Positions 13,345-25,089 are shown, numbered from the whole stretch's first letter. The stretch: DNA of 62,884 nt, filler included, from Octopus bimaculoides (GCF_001194135.2; 10 parts of 7 records of this genome joined end to end with filler, not necessarily neighbours in it); one strand, 5' to 3'. Numbers and translations: made by a program. Notes: generated by a model from the sequence alone, not told the origin.

Positions 13345-14015
13345 TCATCATCAGCATCATCATCACCCGATTGACTATAGCCGACACTGCCAGACATTCT
13401 AAGCATCTCTGTGGTGATTCCTGATGGGCCGGGGCTTTCCCTGTCTTCATGCCCTTAATTGCTTTATCTACCAAGGTACTCTCAATTCTGATAGCTGGTT
13501 CCTCTGTTGAGTCGACATTCGGCAGACTCTTTCCCATTCATTCTCTTCATTTAGCAACCTTTCATAGTGGCATCTCCAAGTCTCTCTCCTTGCAGCCTCA
13601 TTAAATGCAAGTGAGCCTTCATCCATGCAGACACATCTCTCTCCTATGACATCATGATTCTTTCTCATGCACTGTCTTGCAACATGAAATACCTCAAGTC
13701 TTTGGTCCTCATGATGCAGAACATTGGCAAACTTTTTCTTATCTGCTTCCCCTCTGGCTAAATAAACTTGTCTCCTAGCTTCCCTTCTGGCAGTCTGATA
13801 CAATTCCCTGCTACCACCGTTCTTTCAGTCCTTTCATACCTGTTTCTTTTCCCTAATGGCCCTGTCAACTACATTGTTCCGCCACCACGTTACCTTGGAT
13901 CGAGAGGGGACTTTGCACCATCCACAGATCTGGTCAGTAGCCCACAGCAGGTTGTCCTGTAGAAATCTCCAGTTGTCTTCCACATCACGTGATGCTATAT
14001 CCCCCTCTATTTTGT
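13345..14015 (-). mobile_element. RTE LINE fragment (endonuclease-RT linker to RT start)
   Basis: VEDNWRFLQDNLL.A.DQICGW..TWW..VDRAIREKK; YQTARREARRQVYLAR; WRCHYERLLNEENEW; VDKAIKGMKTGKAPG; frameshifted. Confidence 0.88.
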
Positions 14016-14930
14016 CAAAAGCTTAAATTTTGTTTTATTTTTATTTCTAATATCATTAAGACATATCTTCTCCATTTTATTCTATCTTCATTCACGTGGT
14101 GACTTGTGAATCTAATCAACTGTGTAAGCCATCAGACAGCTGTATATGCACATTTCAAATTGTCTACTTCAAAAACATCTGACATAGGCAATTTGATTCA
14201 AAATCTATAAAAAATCGTCTGTATCCAATTGGTCACATTGTGATTTCTCTGCAATGATTACAGAAAAATTTGATATTGAATATTTAGATATAAAAAGAGC
14301 AACAAAATGAGATTATGTCATGTTCAAATCTTTGTTGATGGCAGTAATAATTGACTGTGAGACTTTAATTCAAAACTGGTCTCTGATTATTTTTGTTAAA
14401 ATAGTTTAGACTTAAGCAAGGAGTAAAAATCTATGTCTACAGTTTTTGCAGGTCCTTCTAGAGCAGTTGTATTGAAGAAGATGAAGTTCCTCATAAACAG
14501 CTTCAGAATAATTTAAAAAGAAGAGCAAGGAAGAAATTCTAGAGGGCTCTCATTCTAGGATGAAAGCCTGCAACAGAGGACCTGGAAGGGCAGGTATGAA
14601 ATAGCTGGGTGAAGATAGACAAGTCAGGTGGCTTGAGAGCAGTTGTCTTTAAGTAACAGAGGCTATTGAACATTAGTAGAAAAGACATTGAGTGTGTGTG
14701 GCCCATGATTAAGGTATATTGATAAGAGACTTCATTCCACTGCGTAGAGAAGGGTGGTAGTGTCATTTGGGGTTGTGGAATACAAAATGTATATATTTAG
14801 CTTATAATTTACACCTATTTTACATTCATTTGCAAATATTGAAAATTGTAGATAAATGTTGCTTAGGCTGTTAAAAGTGTAGATTATAGAGAGAAAAATG
14901 TTTCCTCAGACAATAACTACATAAATTAAT

Positions 14931-15188
14931 TAAATAATAAATGCGCCCTTTTAAAGCCTAGCCAGGCTCATGGGCCCGTTTTCCCGGTTTCAAATGGCAT
15001 ATGTGTTCTCCAACTGGAGGGGACACCAGTCCATCGCAGCGTTACTCATTTTTGCCTGCTGAGTGGACTGGAGCAACGTGAAATGAAGTGTTTTGCTCAA
15101 GAACACAATGTGTCGCACGGTCCAGGAATCGAAACCACAATCTTGCGATCATAGTGCTGACACCCTAATCACTAGGCCACATGCCTCC
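14931..15188 (-). mobile_element. tRNA-derived SINE family C, full length
   Basis: Minus head GGAGGCATGTGGCCTAGTGATTAGGGTG...GGTTTCGATTCCTGG (A/B boxes), TTTATTATTTA tail; homologous to 57910-58121. Confidence 0.88.
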
Positions 15189-15702
15189 ACACATAGATTA
15201 ATTACCTGCACCAAAAGTGAAAGGAAATACCTAGAGTAGGATCTGAACTCATGAATCTTATATTATTCAATATATTTTCTTTTAATAAAAAACAATGTGA
15301 ATGTTTGCATTAAGCATAATTTTTGATAATTTTCTTTATTGCCGTAATCTTACCCATAACTGGACATTTGAAACAGCTAACAGCTAAAAACGAATGTGTA
15401 AACAAAATAACAATTCATATGTTATATTAAATCAAAACCAGTCATATTGTTTTAAATAGTTACTATATTTGGTTCCGAGCTAATTAAAAACCATTATCAG
15501 ATTGAACAATTTTGTGTGTCAGCCAATAGTTCTTCTTGGACCATGACAAGTTCATTACTAAGAAATGATATACAAGACTCATAAATTTCTTCTTAACATA
15601 TCCTACATGATATCTGAAAAAGTATTTTTAAAAACAGTACAAAGTTATGATTTTGATGATGCTGAAAATTGTAATGATCATCTCTACAGTAATAAATGTC
15701 AT

Positions 15703-15765
<63 letters not shown>

Positions 15766-15770
15766 CACCA
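15703..15770. repeat. (CTA)n(CAC)n microsatellite
   Basis: Direct trinucleotide runs. Confidence 0.95.
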
Positions 15771-16856
15771 TCTCAACCAGCATCAGAACAATGAAGTGGA
15801 CAGCTACAGACCAATTAATTGCTTACCACTAGTGCGAGCTTTACTAAAAAATTATAGAATATGAAACATCCTTGAAGAATGCAAGAAGTTACTATTTGCA
15901 GGCCAAACAGGTTGCTAGAGAAATCATAATTCATAGTAAGAGACAACAAGAGAGCTTAAATGCCATTGTGCTACCTACTTAGAATAGCTGCCATATGTCC
16001 ATCAAGTAATGCCTTACTGTCACCATCAGCACCACTAACACCAACCCCAAGTACCGCCGCCGCTNNNNNNNNNNNNNNNNNNNNNNNNNNNNNNNNNNNN
16101 NNNNNNNNTTAATTAATTAANNNNNNNNNNNNNNNNNNNNNNNNNNNNNNNNNNNNNNNNNNNNTATATATATATATATATATATGATCCCCGCTCTTTT
16201 CAAGACGGAACCACTTTATGTCTGAACTTTGTCTCCCTTAGCTCGTTTTTTAGGTACCTGGTCCGATCTGAGCAATTATTGTTCTTATACGCGTATTGCA
16301 TTCATATATATATGCATATGTGTGCGTGCGCGCGTGCGCGTGCGCGTGTGTAGTAGTAGTAGTAGTAGTAGTATATGGATTCATAAAATATTGCACTTAG
16401 CACAAAAAGCGCCTATAGTCGACTCGCCTAACAGACCACATAGCGATCCAATACAGAGGAATATAGGGTGGAGTCCAATGTAGTTGGGGGATGTCCAGAG
16501 ATTAAATCAATGGATTCATCCCTCATACCAGGTGACCTTTTATGGTACGTGTTTGTAAAAGTGTATGTGCGACTGAGAACAGGAGAAATTCTATCACAGG
16601 CTGATAGGAATCTGTTGTTATCCATGTAATCCAATACCACTTACTCCTGGTTAGGCGGTCGGCGACTAAAACGGAGCTTACTCAGTAACAAAGGCTTGTA
16701 ATTACATAGCAGGATTAAAAGCATAACCTGAAATGGGGACCAAAGGCCGTTTGGGGCTAAAAATATTGCGGAAAAACGTGAAATTCTTTGAGCAGACGTG
16801 TGACTTATGCGAAATCTGTGATGAGCCCGAGTGACGCTGATGACTTGGAATCGCCT

Positions 16857-16859
<3 letters not shown>

Positions 16860-16924
<65 letters not shown>

Positions 16925-16925
16925 A

Positions 16926-16987
<62 letters not shown>

Positions 16988-16988
16988 A
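16860..16988. repeat. (TA)n + (AGT)n microsatellite
   Basis: Direct runs. Confidence 0.95.
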
Positions 16989-17020
16989 ATGGTAAATGTT
17001 TTTATTTTTCATTCCCTTCG

Positions 17021-17544
17021 AAATTGCACTTAACTGTTCTTTTGGACATTTTAACTGTTCCTTTTAGTATGTAAGGTGATCTGTTAAGGCTCGCCTCTTT
17101 GTGTTTAAATGTACACTAATCTTTATATGAAAAATATGTCTTTGTATACATGATAGGCCGCTGGTAGAAAAAATTTGTATAACTTTTCCTACCCTCTATT
17201 AATTTTAAGAAATGATTTTAACAATATCTGAAGTTTAATCAGAATTTTCACTTGCTTCCCATTGAAACTGCGCTTGCGCGGAGAATTTGAAAAATTATGA
17301 TATATAAGGATGAGCCACGTGTTATTTGGTCTCTAATTTATATGTTAATGTTTTGGCGTATCCGCTGATGAGAACTTCGTCTTGCAAATTATTTTATTTG
17401 CTAATTAAAGTTCGAAACGCAAGGTCCGGCTGTAAAACATGGAAAACATGGAAAAATTGCTCTTAACTGTGGTTTGGACTTGTTGACCTAGTATGTAAGG
17501 CGACCTGTTAAGGCTCGCCTCTTTCTGCTTAAATGTACACTAAT
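17021..17544 (+). mobile_element. Hammerhead-bearing unit with ~90-100-bp terminal direct repeats (retrozyme or Penelope pLTR-like)
   Basis: Repeats at 17021-17120 and 17454-17544 share TAGTATGTAAGG.GA.CTGTTAAGGCTCGCCTCTTT.TG.TTAAATGTACACTAAT; offset 424-433 bp. Confidence 0.75.
17362..17429 (+). ncRNA. Type I hammerhead ribozyme
   Basis: Stem I CCG/CGG; CTGATGA 17365-71; stem II GAACTT/AAGTTC; GAAA 17414-17; C-G closing loop GCAAG; GTC triplet 17424-26. Confidence 0.8.
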
Positions 17545-17545
17545 T

Positions 17546-17623
<78 letters not shown>

Positions 17624-17714
17624 CAGAGAGAGAGAGAGAATGAAAACGGGAGGAGAGAGAGGGAGGGAAGGCGAGAGAGAGAGAGAGAGAATAATGGTTA
17701 CGCATTAAAAAAAC

Positions 17715-17810
17715 TGCAGCCCTTGACCGACCAAAGAAGTCTGATGAGTAGATTTGGTACATGGAAACTGAAAGAAACCTGCCAGTTGTGTATGTGTGTG
17801 TGTTTGTGTG
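17715..17810 (+). mobile_element. SINE family A internal fragment
   Basis: CCGACCAAAG...GATTTGGTACATGGAAACTGAAAGAA matches the other family A copies. Confidence 0.7.
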
Positions 17811-18048
17811 CATATTTATACGAGGTGGTATCAAAATGTTCCTGGAGTAGTTCTGTAGCGCACCAACAGATAGCATACGGTTTCGTTCGCTGTGAGAGCT
17901 AGCGGAGACCTTCATGTGTTTACTTCGCATGTCGTGAAACATATATTTGTGATCACGTGTATGCTGTAGTCTCTGATTTTGTCATGGACAGTGTCGTGTG
18001 GAAGTAGAACATCCATATTTGGTTGGCTCCTAATGTAATGTGCCACAA

Positions 18049-18055
18049 TATAAAT
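18049..18055 (+). promoter_or_regulatory. Candidate TATA box of the gag-only element
   Basis: TATAAAT begins 30 nt upstream of the first 14-bp repeat. Confidence 0.4.
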
Positions 18056-18271
18056 GGACATGCGCAGAGAATGTTGGAAGAGAGTCGGTGAGCTGTTAAT
18101 CAGAGTTGTGTTGGTGATTTCGTGTTGGAGTTAAGTTTGAGAGCGGAGATAATTTTGTGAGTTAGTTGTTGTTGAATATTGTTGTGCAAATTGTTACTGA
18201 AAATTTGTTGAAGTTACTGCTGTTATTAATTTCTTGAAAATTGTGAATTGTTTGTATACCTAGTGTTAGGA

Positions 18272-19604
18272 ATGCAGGCTACTAGTTACGCGGTGGCGGC
18301 GGGCAAAAGCCGGTCAGCTGACACTATGGAAATGAAAGAGGTAAAAATAGAAATGTAAAAGTTAAAGAGACATTTCGAATTTATGAAGAAGGAGGGAGAC
18401 TGCCTTCGGGTTAGTTCACCAAAAGAAGCCGCAGAAAGAGCAGAGAAGAGAATAATAATTTACAAGACATTAAATGTGACTACAGAAAGAATTGAGATAG
18501 CCGAGGTGGACGAGATCGAAGAATGCCTAAGTGTAATTATGGAAGTGACAACTTTCTACACGAGAGTCAAGAAATATGGTACAGTGGTCGTACAGTTCAA
18601 GAGTGAGGAAGAGACGAAGAGGTACTCCACTGTACCTCTGAGAACGGATAAGTGGGCACTTTTGCCGGTATACTGCGGTAGAAGAGCAGCAAGAATAAGG
18701 ATTGGAAGAATATCTCCCGAGATAGACATAGAATGGCTGGTAGCAGTTGTGGTTTTTAATTGCAAGGACGAGGTGGAGATCGTGATAGTGGAGAGATCAA
18801 AGGAGATTAACTGCTGGGGTTATGGGTTAGAAATTTTAACCCATATAACCCTACCAGACCTGCACAATATTGCGGAGGTGTTGGTGCTCCCGGATGACAC
18901 CCGACTGAGGGTCGTTGTGGAGGGGAAGCCACCCGTATGCTATAAATGTAGAAGTAGGGGACACATGCTGGCGGTGTGTCCCCTAAGAGAGGTACAGGTA
19001 GAGGAGACATAGGTCAGTGAAGAAGCAGTGGTGGAAGGTGAAAAAAAGGAGGAAGAAGAAAAACAGGAGCAAGAAGAAAAAGAGGAGCAAGAGAAAAATG
19101 TGGAGGAAATTGCAACAGAGAGAAAGAGAGCGAGGATCGAATCGCCACCAAAAGAGACCTCAAAAAAAAGAAAGGTAAAAAGAAGACAGCGGAGGAAGAG
19201 GAAAATATAGAGAATCGAACCCAAGAACTCGAGGATACATATAAATATGCAAGAGACCCGGAAAAAGCGTCGAAAATTGGGAGAGGAAAGTGGAAGAGAT
19301 GTATGAAGAAACGATATATGATAACCCAATAAGAAGACAATACCGTACGTTAATGTACTATGAAAAAGATATAGAGATAGAAAAGAGGATATCGAAAATA
19401 AAAGGGCTGATAAGAGTAAGGTTGGATCCGGTGATAATTGAAGGATATGATAAAGCTGCACTGGTGGAAGAGAATGTGGTGAAGAGACTTAAAGAGATAT
19501 ATCCGCAAAAAACTATAGCGTGTGGATTATATGTGCGCTATGATAATCTGCCAAACGTTATAACGACAGAGGATCTATTGCCATATATAACAATTGAAGA
19601 ATAA
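18272..19604 (+). pseudogene. Zinc-knuckle gag/ORF1-like ORF (~445 aa) with 2 premature stops and about 2 frameshifts
   Basis: MQATSYAVAAG start; RRM-like GTVVVQFKSEEE; LRVVVEGKPPVCYKCRSRGHMLAVC (CX2CX4HX4C); E/K-rich linker; C-terminal ~100-aa region ending LLPYITIEE-stop. Confidence 0.82.
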
Positions 19605-20737
19605 AAAGATCATAAACTGTATCAAAAACTGTATGAAAAAACAGTCAACTGAAGTTGCGAGCTTTGTAGGGCTCGCAAGCCATTTCATCATTTCATTGTA
19701 AGTATTTCATTTCATACTCATCATTCGTTCTATGTACCCCACATTTTGTATTGTCTGTCTGTCCTAGTAGTGTCCATTCTGTGTTAAGGCTTTTATGCCT
19801 ATAATAAAGAGTAAGAGAGAGTCGGTGAGTTGTGTAAAGCCGAGAGTTGCGTGTTGTCGAGTATAATTACAAATATTGTGTATCTTGAGGAGAACGGTTT
19901 GCGAAGACGTTATTCATTATCCCTTTATATCGTACGTCGAACGTGCGATACAATAGACAGGAAGGTGGAACAAAGAACAAACGTGAAATTTAGCGTTAAA
20001 CTTGGGATGTCTGTTACAGACGCATTGTGCAATCTTCGGCAAGCTTACGGTGACGAAGCAATGGGTTGTACGCAATGTTTCGAGTGGCAGGGGCACTTCA
20101 AAAGCGAAAGAACCTCCCTGGAAGACGATGAGGGAGCGTCACGAGCGTCACTCTGGAAATGTGGAGAAAATTCATGAGTTTGTGCGTGAAGATTGTCGGA
20201 GAGCAATCATCGACATTGCTGAAGTTGTTGGTCAGTAGCATGGGTCCGTGCAGGCAATCCTAACGTCTGGATTCTTTACGACAACAATATACTTTGTCTA
20301 CGAGCTCTCCACACACGATATCGCTTCCGCACCCACCCTATTCTTAAGATTTATCACCTGAGGACTTCTATGTCTTCTCCAAGACGAAGAAGCTGTTCAA
20401 AGGTCGCCGTTAAAATACCGTTGTTGGGATCAAGAGCGAATCGCAGAAGGTTCTCGACATGCTTGCGGAAAACTTCTTCCAGACTGGATTTCAAAAGTTG
20501 CAGGTACGCTGGGACCTTTGTATTGTTGCGAAAGGTGACTATTTCGAAGGAGATAATGTTAAGACTTAGGTAAATAAGCTATTTTTCATTAAACATAACT
20601 AATCAGGGAACTCTTTGATGCCATCNNNNNNNNNNNNNNNNNNNNNNNNNNNNNNNNNNNNNNNNNNNNTTAATTAATTAANNNNNNNNNNNNNNNNNNN
20701 NNNNNNNNNNNNNNNNNNNNNNNNNGTGTGTGTGTGT

Positions 20738-20905
20738 AGGCGCAGGAGTGGCTGTGTGGTAAGTAGCTTGCTTACCAACCACATGGTTCCGGGTTCAGTC
20801 CCACTGCATGGCATCTTGGGCAAGTGCCTTCTACTGTAGCCCCGGACCGACCAAGCCTTGTGGGTGGATTTGGTAGACGGAAACTGAAAGAACACCGTCG
20901 TATAT
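20738..20905 (+). mobile_element. SINE family A 5' half
   Basis: GGCGCAGGAGTGGCTGTGTGGTAAG...GGTAGACGGAAACTGAAAGAA. Confidence 0.9.
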
Positions 20906-23510
20906 TTACCTGGCTGCTTAAAAACCTGCTTGCGATTACGGCACATCTTCAGCGGTGAATTGGAGAGTAAAGATAATAATAATTATATGTGTAACTATAA
21001 TAAAAACCCTATAAAATATAGAGAAAATAGCACATATGTATTAGAGGAAAACAGGTTTAGTTTAGGAATTATCCCACATCGTAGGTTGTTTATTGCATAC
21101 ACACTAGTGATTTTTCCTGATTGTTGACAATCAGTAAAAATATAATTGATTATTTAATTATTGACTATATACAAGTCACATTTAGTAATATGCGAGAAAA
21201 GATAAGTCAAATATATGTCTGCAAAACGTTTTTGTTTTATTAAAACCATTGAGCACTTAAGATTGAATTCACAAGCTAAAGTTAATATTATAGAGAGAAC
21301 TGAACCTGAAGATGAAAAAAAAAATACTAACAAACTATCAATGTTTAATTATGTAATTTTAAATGGAAATTAGAATTAAATTATTGGCGGAAATATATGA
21401 TTAAAATGAGTGAATACGTATTATCAGAAATGTGTTCAATAGAGATAATCTTTTTTCGAAACACAAAGATAGTGAACGTTGCTAAGAAAAAAAAAATGAC
21501 CTAATCTAACAAAGATAAAGAGAGGATAGCTCAATATGATATCATTCTGTATTCACATTCCTTATGTAACATAGCGTAACTGTGATAACAGTATTATTAC
21601 AATCTGTATCGATACCGGTTAGATCTCGTATAACTGTACAGTTAGATATTGGTATGACAGGCTCTTGACTCTTTCGTTTATGATCATTGCTAATCATTCA
21701 CTCTTGGTCAAACCGTCTCTTTTACCAACGTTAAATATTTTTTTTTTCTCCGAAGAAAGAGAATACCTAACAAACATTTCAGAAAATAAATATTCACTAC
21801 TTTAATCATCTCAATTAATTATAGCGCACAAACCGTGTTCACCCTAATGACTTATTCATTCCAATTTAAATTAGCACAAATGACTGAAAGTTACGTGATA
21901 CAAAAAATAATACTTTGTTCGTTCCAGAAGTTCAAGTGTAATATATGAAGTTAATTTTGAATTAATTGTTTTATCTAAGCAAATTTTTTTCCGACTTATT
22001 TGCATATATTATCATTTCTACGTATTACAAACTTTGTTTACTATATAGCCAAGTGCTAAAATATTTTTCAACCGATCATTCACACTTTACAATTTTCAAT
22101 GTAAAATGTTTCCATAACTTAACTATCTACTTATATTCTTGTTCCAGTGTTTTCACTATTTTTAAACGTCACTATGTGTTTGTCCAGCACTCTTGATAAT
22201 CATACATCCAATTATTATTTGTATACTTTTCCTGAAGACAAGTTCGCAACTAATAGTTATAGATGTATACAAGTTTCAAAAACAAGTCATTTGTCTCTGT
22301 ACTAAGGTGTTTTTTGGTTTAAACTCGTCTACCCTTCTTCATGCATTCCTAATAAACATAAATATTCACAGTAGTAATTTATTAAATCAATATATAATAA
22401 AAGATATAGTCGTAGATTTCGAAACCTGTTACTAAATAAATTATTCTTTCTTTTCAAATCGAATTAACACAGTTAACGCAACGTTTTAAAAATTTATACC
22501 AAATGTTTTCGTTTTTTTGCCATTGTAAAATTTACTATCTCCATAGAGATTTGATCATAACTGTTTTTCTCTAAAGAAAGTGTTTTAAAACAAAGTATTG
22601 TTCGCATAATTATGTTTAATTATTTTGTATACTACTAATTCTGTCCAATATTTTTAATAGACATAGGTTCAATATTTGTTCTGCTGCTATATAAAACGGT
22701 TCTATTATATTATCTACCACTTTGGACACTGTTGAGCTCCGGTTGTTTAAATAAATCAGTGTTTTTTGCACCCTAACAACGCTTTAATATTCGCTTAATA
22801 AAAACGTAGATCTTTTAAATCAGTAACCATCTACCACATAGACTTTTGAACTGTTTATTTAAAATTTTATCATCAAACAACTTTTATGTGCTATCCATCG
22901 CTTTCTTATGTGTTTTTCCTGTCCCTTCAAATATACACCAACATACTCAATAGAAAAGTTTAGAATTACAACCAACTAATGTTTTTATTTCACTGATTAA
23001 ATATTATCCGTGTGAAGTTCTCATATATATAAAAAGTGTTGATTGTTTCCACGTAACTCAATAGTTTCTATATACGTAAACTCAGTTGAGCTAGCATTTT
23101 GTGTACATATGTGTGTATGTGATTGTGTATGTGATTGTGTCTATGTGTGTGCGTACGAGCGTAGCAGCTGCAAGGTCTCTTTGTATCCAATGTATTAAAC
23201 ACAAGTTTTTAAACCTAAAAATAAAAAAAAAATACACCGGATTACATCTATAGTCACAATTCAGTAATAATTAAATTAAATCCCTTTGTCCATGGACAAG
23301 ACAAGTAATATATTTATCTAAGTCCTTTATAGAAAAATCAATGATTTCTCTTCAATTCTTTTTCAAAAATATTTCAGATACTAATTATGAAGTTTTATGA
23401 TTGGCTTAACACCTTGTAATAAATATATTTCCCCAGACTTCCTCATTCATCATTTGTTCTTCGGCCAATTCTCCTTGCACATAATGTAGTTTTAATATTT
23501 TCTTCCTCTA

Positions 23511-23692
23511 AGGCTGCGAGCTGTCAGAATCGTTAGCACACCGGACAAAATGCTTTGTTCTGAGCTCAAAATCCACCAAGGTCGAGTTTGTCTTTCATCC
23601 TATCGGAGTCGAGCGATGTTGAGCGCTGGAGTCGATGCAATAAACTTACTCCCTCCCTCGAAATTGCTGACCTTCTGCCAGAATTTGAAATC
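23511..23692 (+). mobile_element. tRNA-derived SINE family B
   Basis: GCGAGCTGTCAGAATCGTTAGCAC...CAAGGTCGAGTTTGTCTTTCATCC; homologous to 53289-53520. Confidence 0.8.
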
Positions 23693-23830
23693 CCTTTTTT
23701 TTCCCTTGCCTTTCTCCCACCTAACATACTCTGCTCTCTTCATTCCATACCTATCTGTAGTTATTTTGAAAAATGTTCATATCATCTACAGAGTCATAAA
23801 GCAAAACTCCCATAAATGCTCTGTGTGTAT

Positions 23831-24790
23831 TGTGGAGATCGCTAGCATCAAAATCTATCCAGTAGAAATTGCTGGCATGCGAATCTGTCCAATAGAATCG
23901 AATGGAAAGTTGTAGAACTCTCTAGAATGTTCTAATGGCTTACCGTTATATAAGCAGAGCTGGCAGTGGGGCGTTTCTCCTTTTTGCCTTTGTCTTTTCT
24001 TGCTATACACTATTTGAGAGATAGATAAATCTATTTGGAGTATCATTGTGTTCTTTGCGAGTGAACGAGAGAAGCACAATAAATTGGCGTCGCCGGTAGG
24101 ATAAGAAAGACTATCCTTGTCGAGTGGACTTTTTACCTTGACATTGATAATACAATTATTTGAAAGGTAAACAACCAGTTTTGCACATAATCTTCTATCT
24201 TCTTGCATTTCTAGTATCAGTTAAATTATTGTTTCGTCAAGAGTTTTACGGAATATAATACATTATTTTATCTAATATAGTTAGAATTTTACTATTTTTA
24301 TCTTGACAACAATGGCGGAACAAAGTAGAGAGCTGATAAAGTTGCTCACACAGCAGCTTCAACTTCAGAGGGAATAAATGGAGGTACAGGCACAGTAGCA
24401 CAAAGAAGTCATGGAAAGTTTGAGAAGGCTGATTCAAGTTCAAATTTCTGAAAAGGATTCTAGTCCAAGTTCCCATCTTCCAACTTCTTCAACTACTATC
24501 CCACCATTTGCTGCTTTTGATTCAACACCAGAAGAGTGGCATGATTACTGGTCACAATTCTGTACTTCTGTTGTGGCCAACACCATGCCTGACCAGCGCA
24601 AGGCTCAAGTTTTCTTGACGAATCAAACCGCTACCATCTATAAACAAATGGCGAATCTGGCTACTCAACAGAGTCCGCCCAAGGATATTAACGAACTGAC
24701 AATGGAGGAAATTGTCAACTTTATGAAAGAACAATTCGACCTAAAACGTTTCCTTGCGCGAGAACTTTCAAGTTCTGGAGTGACATGCAA
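23831..24790 (+). mobile_element. Gypsy-type LTR retrotransposon 5' end: LTR (~23831-24078), PBS (24085-24102), gag (24312-~24790, decayed)
   Basis: TGTG...CACA LTR with TATATAA; PBS TGGCGTCGCCGGTAGGAT; gag FDSTPEEWHDYWSQF..ANTMPDQRKAQVFLTNQT...KEQFDLKRF.ARE(R)FKFWSDMQ. Confidence 0.8.
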
Positions 24791-25089
24791 GACCCTTCGA
24801 CATTGCACGTTCGGTCCGTCAGGGATGCCCCCTCTCGTTGCTTCTGTACATGTTGAATCTCGAGCCACTACTGCGGAAGCTGGCGACGCTGAGGGGCATC
24901 CCGCGAGAGTTGGGATGCGGGACGAGCGTGTCGGCATACGCGGACGACGTCACCGTCATAGTGTCTAGCCAAAAGCACATCGAGCTTGTCGGCGAGACAC
25001 TGAGAGACTACGAAGCGGTAACGGGAGCGAAAATCAACCGGGATAAGTCAGTGGGCTTGCGGCTCGGCACCTGGAGTTGCTCGGGGTCT
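24791..25089 (+). mobile_element. L1/Tx1-clade LINE RT fragment, 5'-truncated, joined to the Gypsy gag
   Basis: PFDIARSVRQGCPLSLLLY.LNLEPLL...SAYADDVTVIV...YEAVTGAKINRDKS. Confidence 0.9.

Larger units (their letters stand above)
17992..19952 (+). mobile_element. gag/ORF1-only retroelement-like insertion with TGT...ACA ends
   Basis: Flanked by ATGGACAG (17984-91) and ATAGACAG (19953-60); 14-bp repeat AGAGAGTCGGTGAG at 18079-92 and 19816-29. Confidence 0.75.
17821..20625 (+). mobile_element. Mariner transposon (internally deleted) interrupted by a 1961-bp insertion
   Basis: TA|CGAGGTGGTATCAAAATGTTCCTGGAGTAG left TIR; matching right TIR CTAATCAGGGAACTCTTTGATGCCATC before the gap; reconstructed MDRKVEQRTNVKF..KLG..AYGDEAM; HPPYS.DLSPEDFY motif near 20330. 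Confidence 0.88.

Noticed and set aside
22620-22720. Ankyrin-like snippets (PFYIAAEQ; also NKDGNT near 39230 and DGDS..HMAA near 16000)
   Set aside because: Isolated short matches bounded by stops, without proper splice sites.
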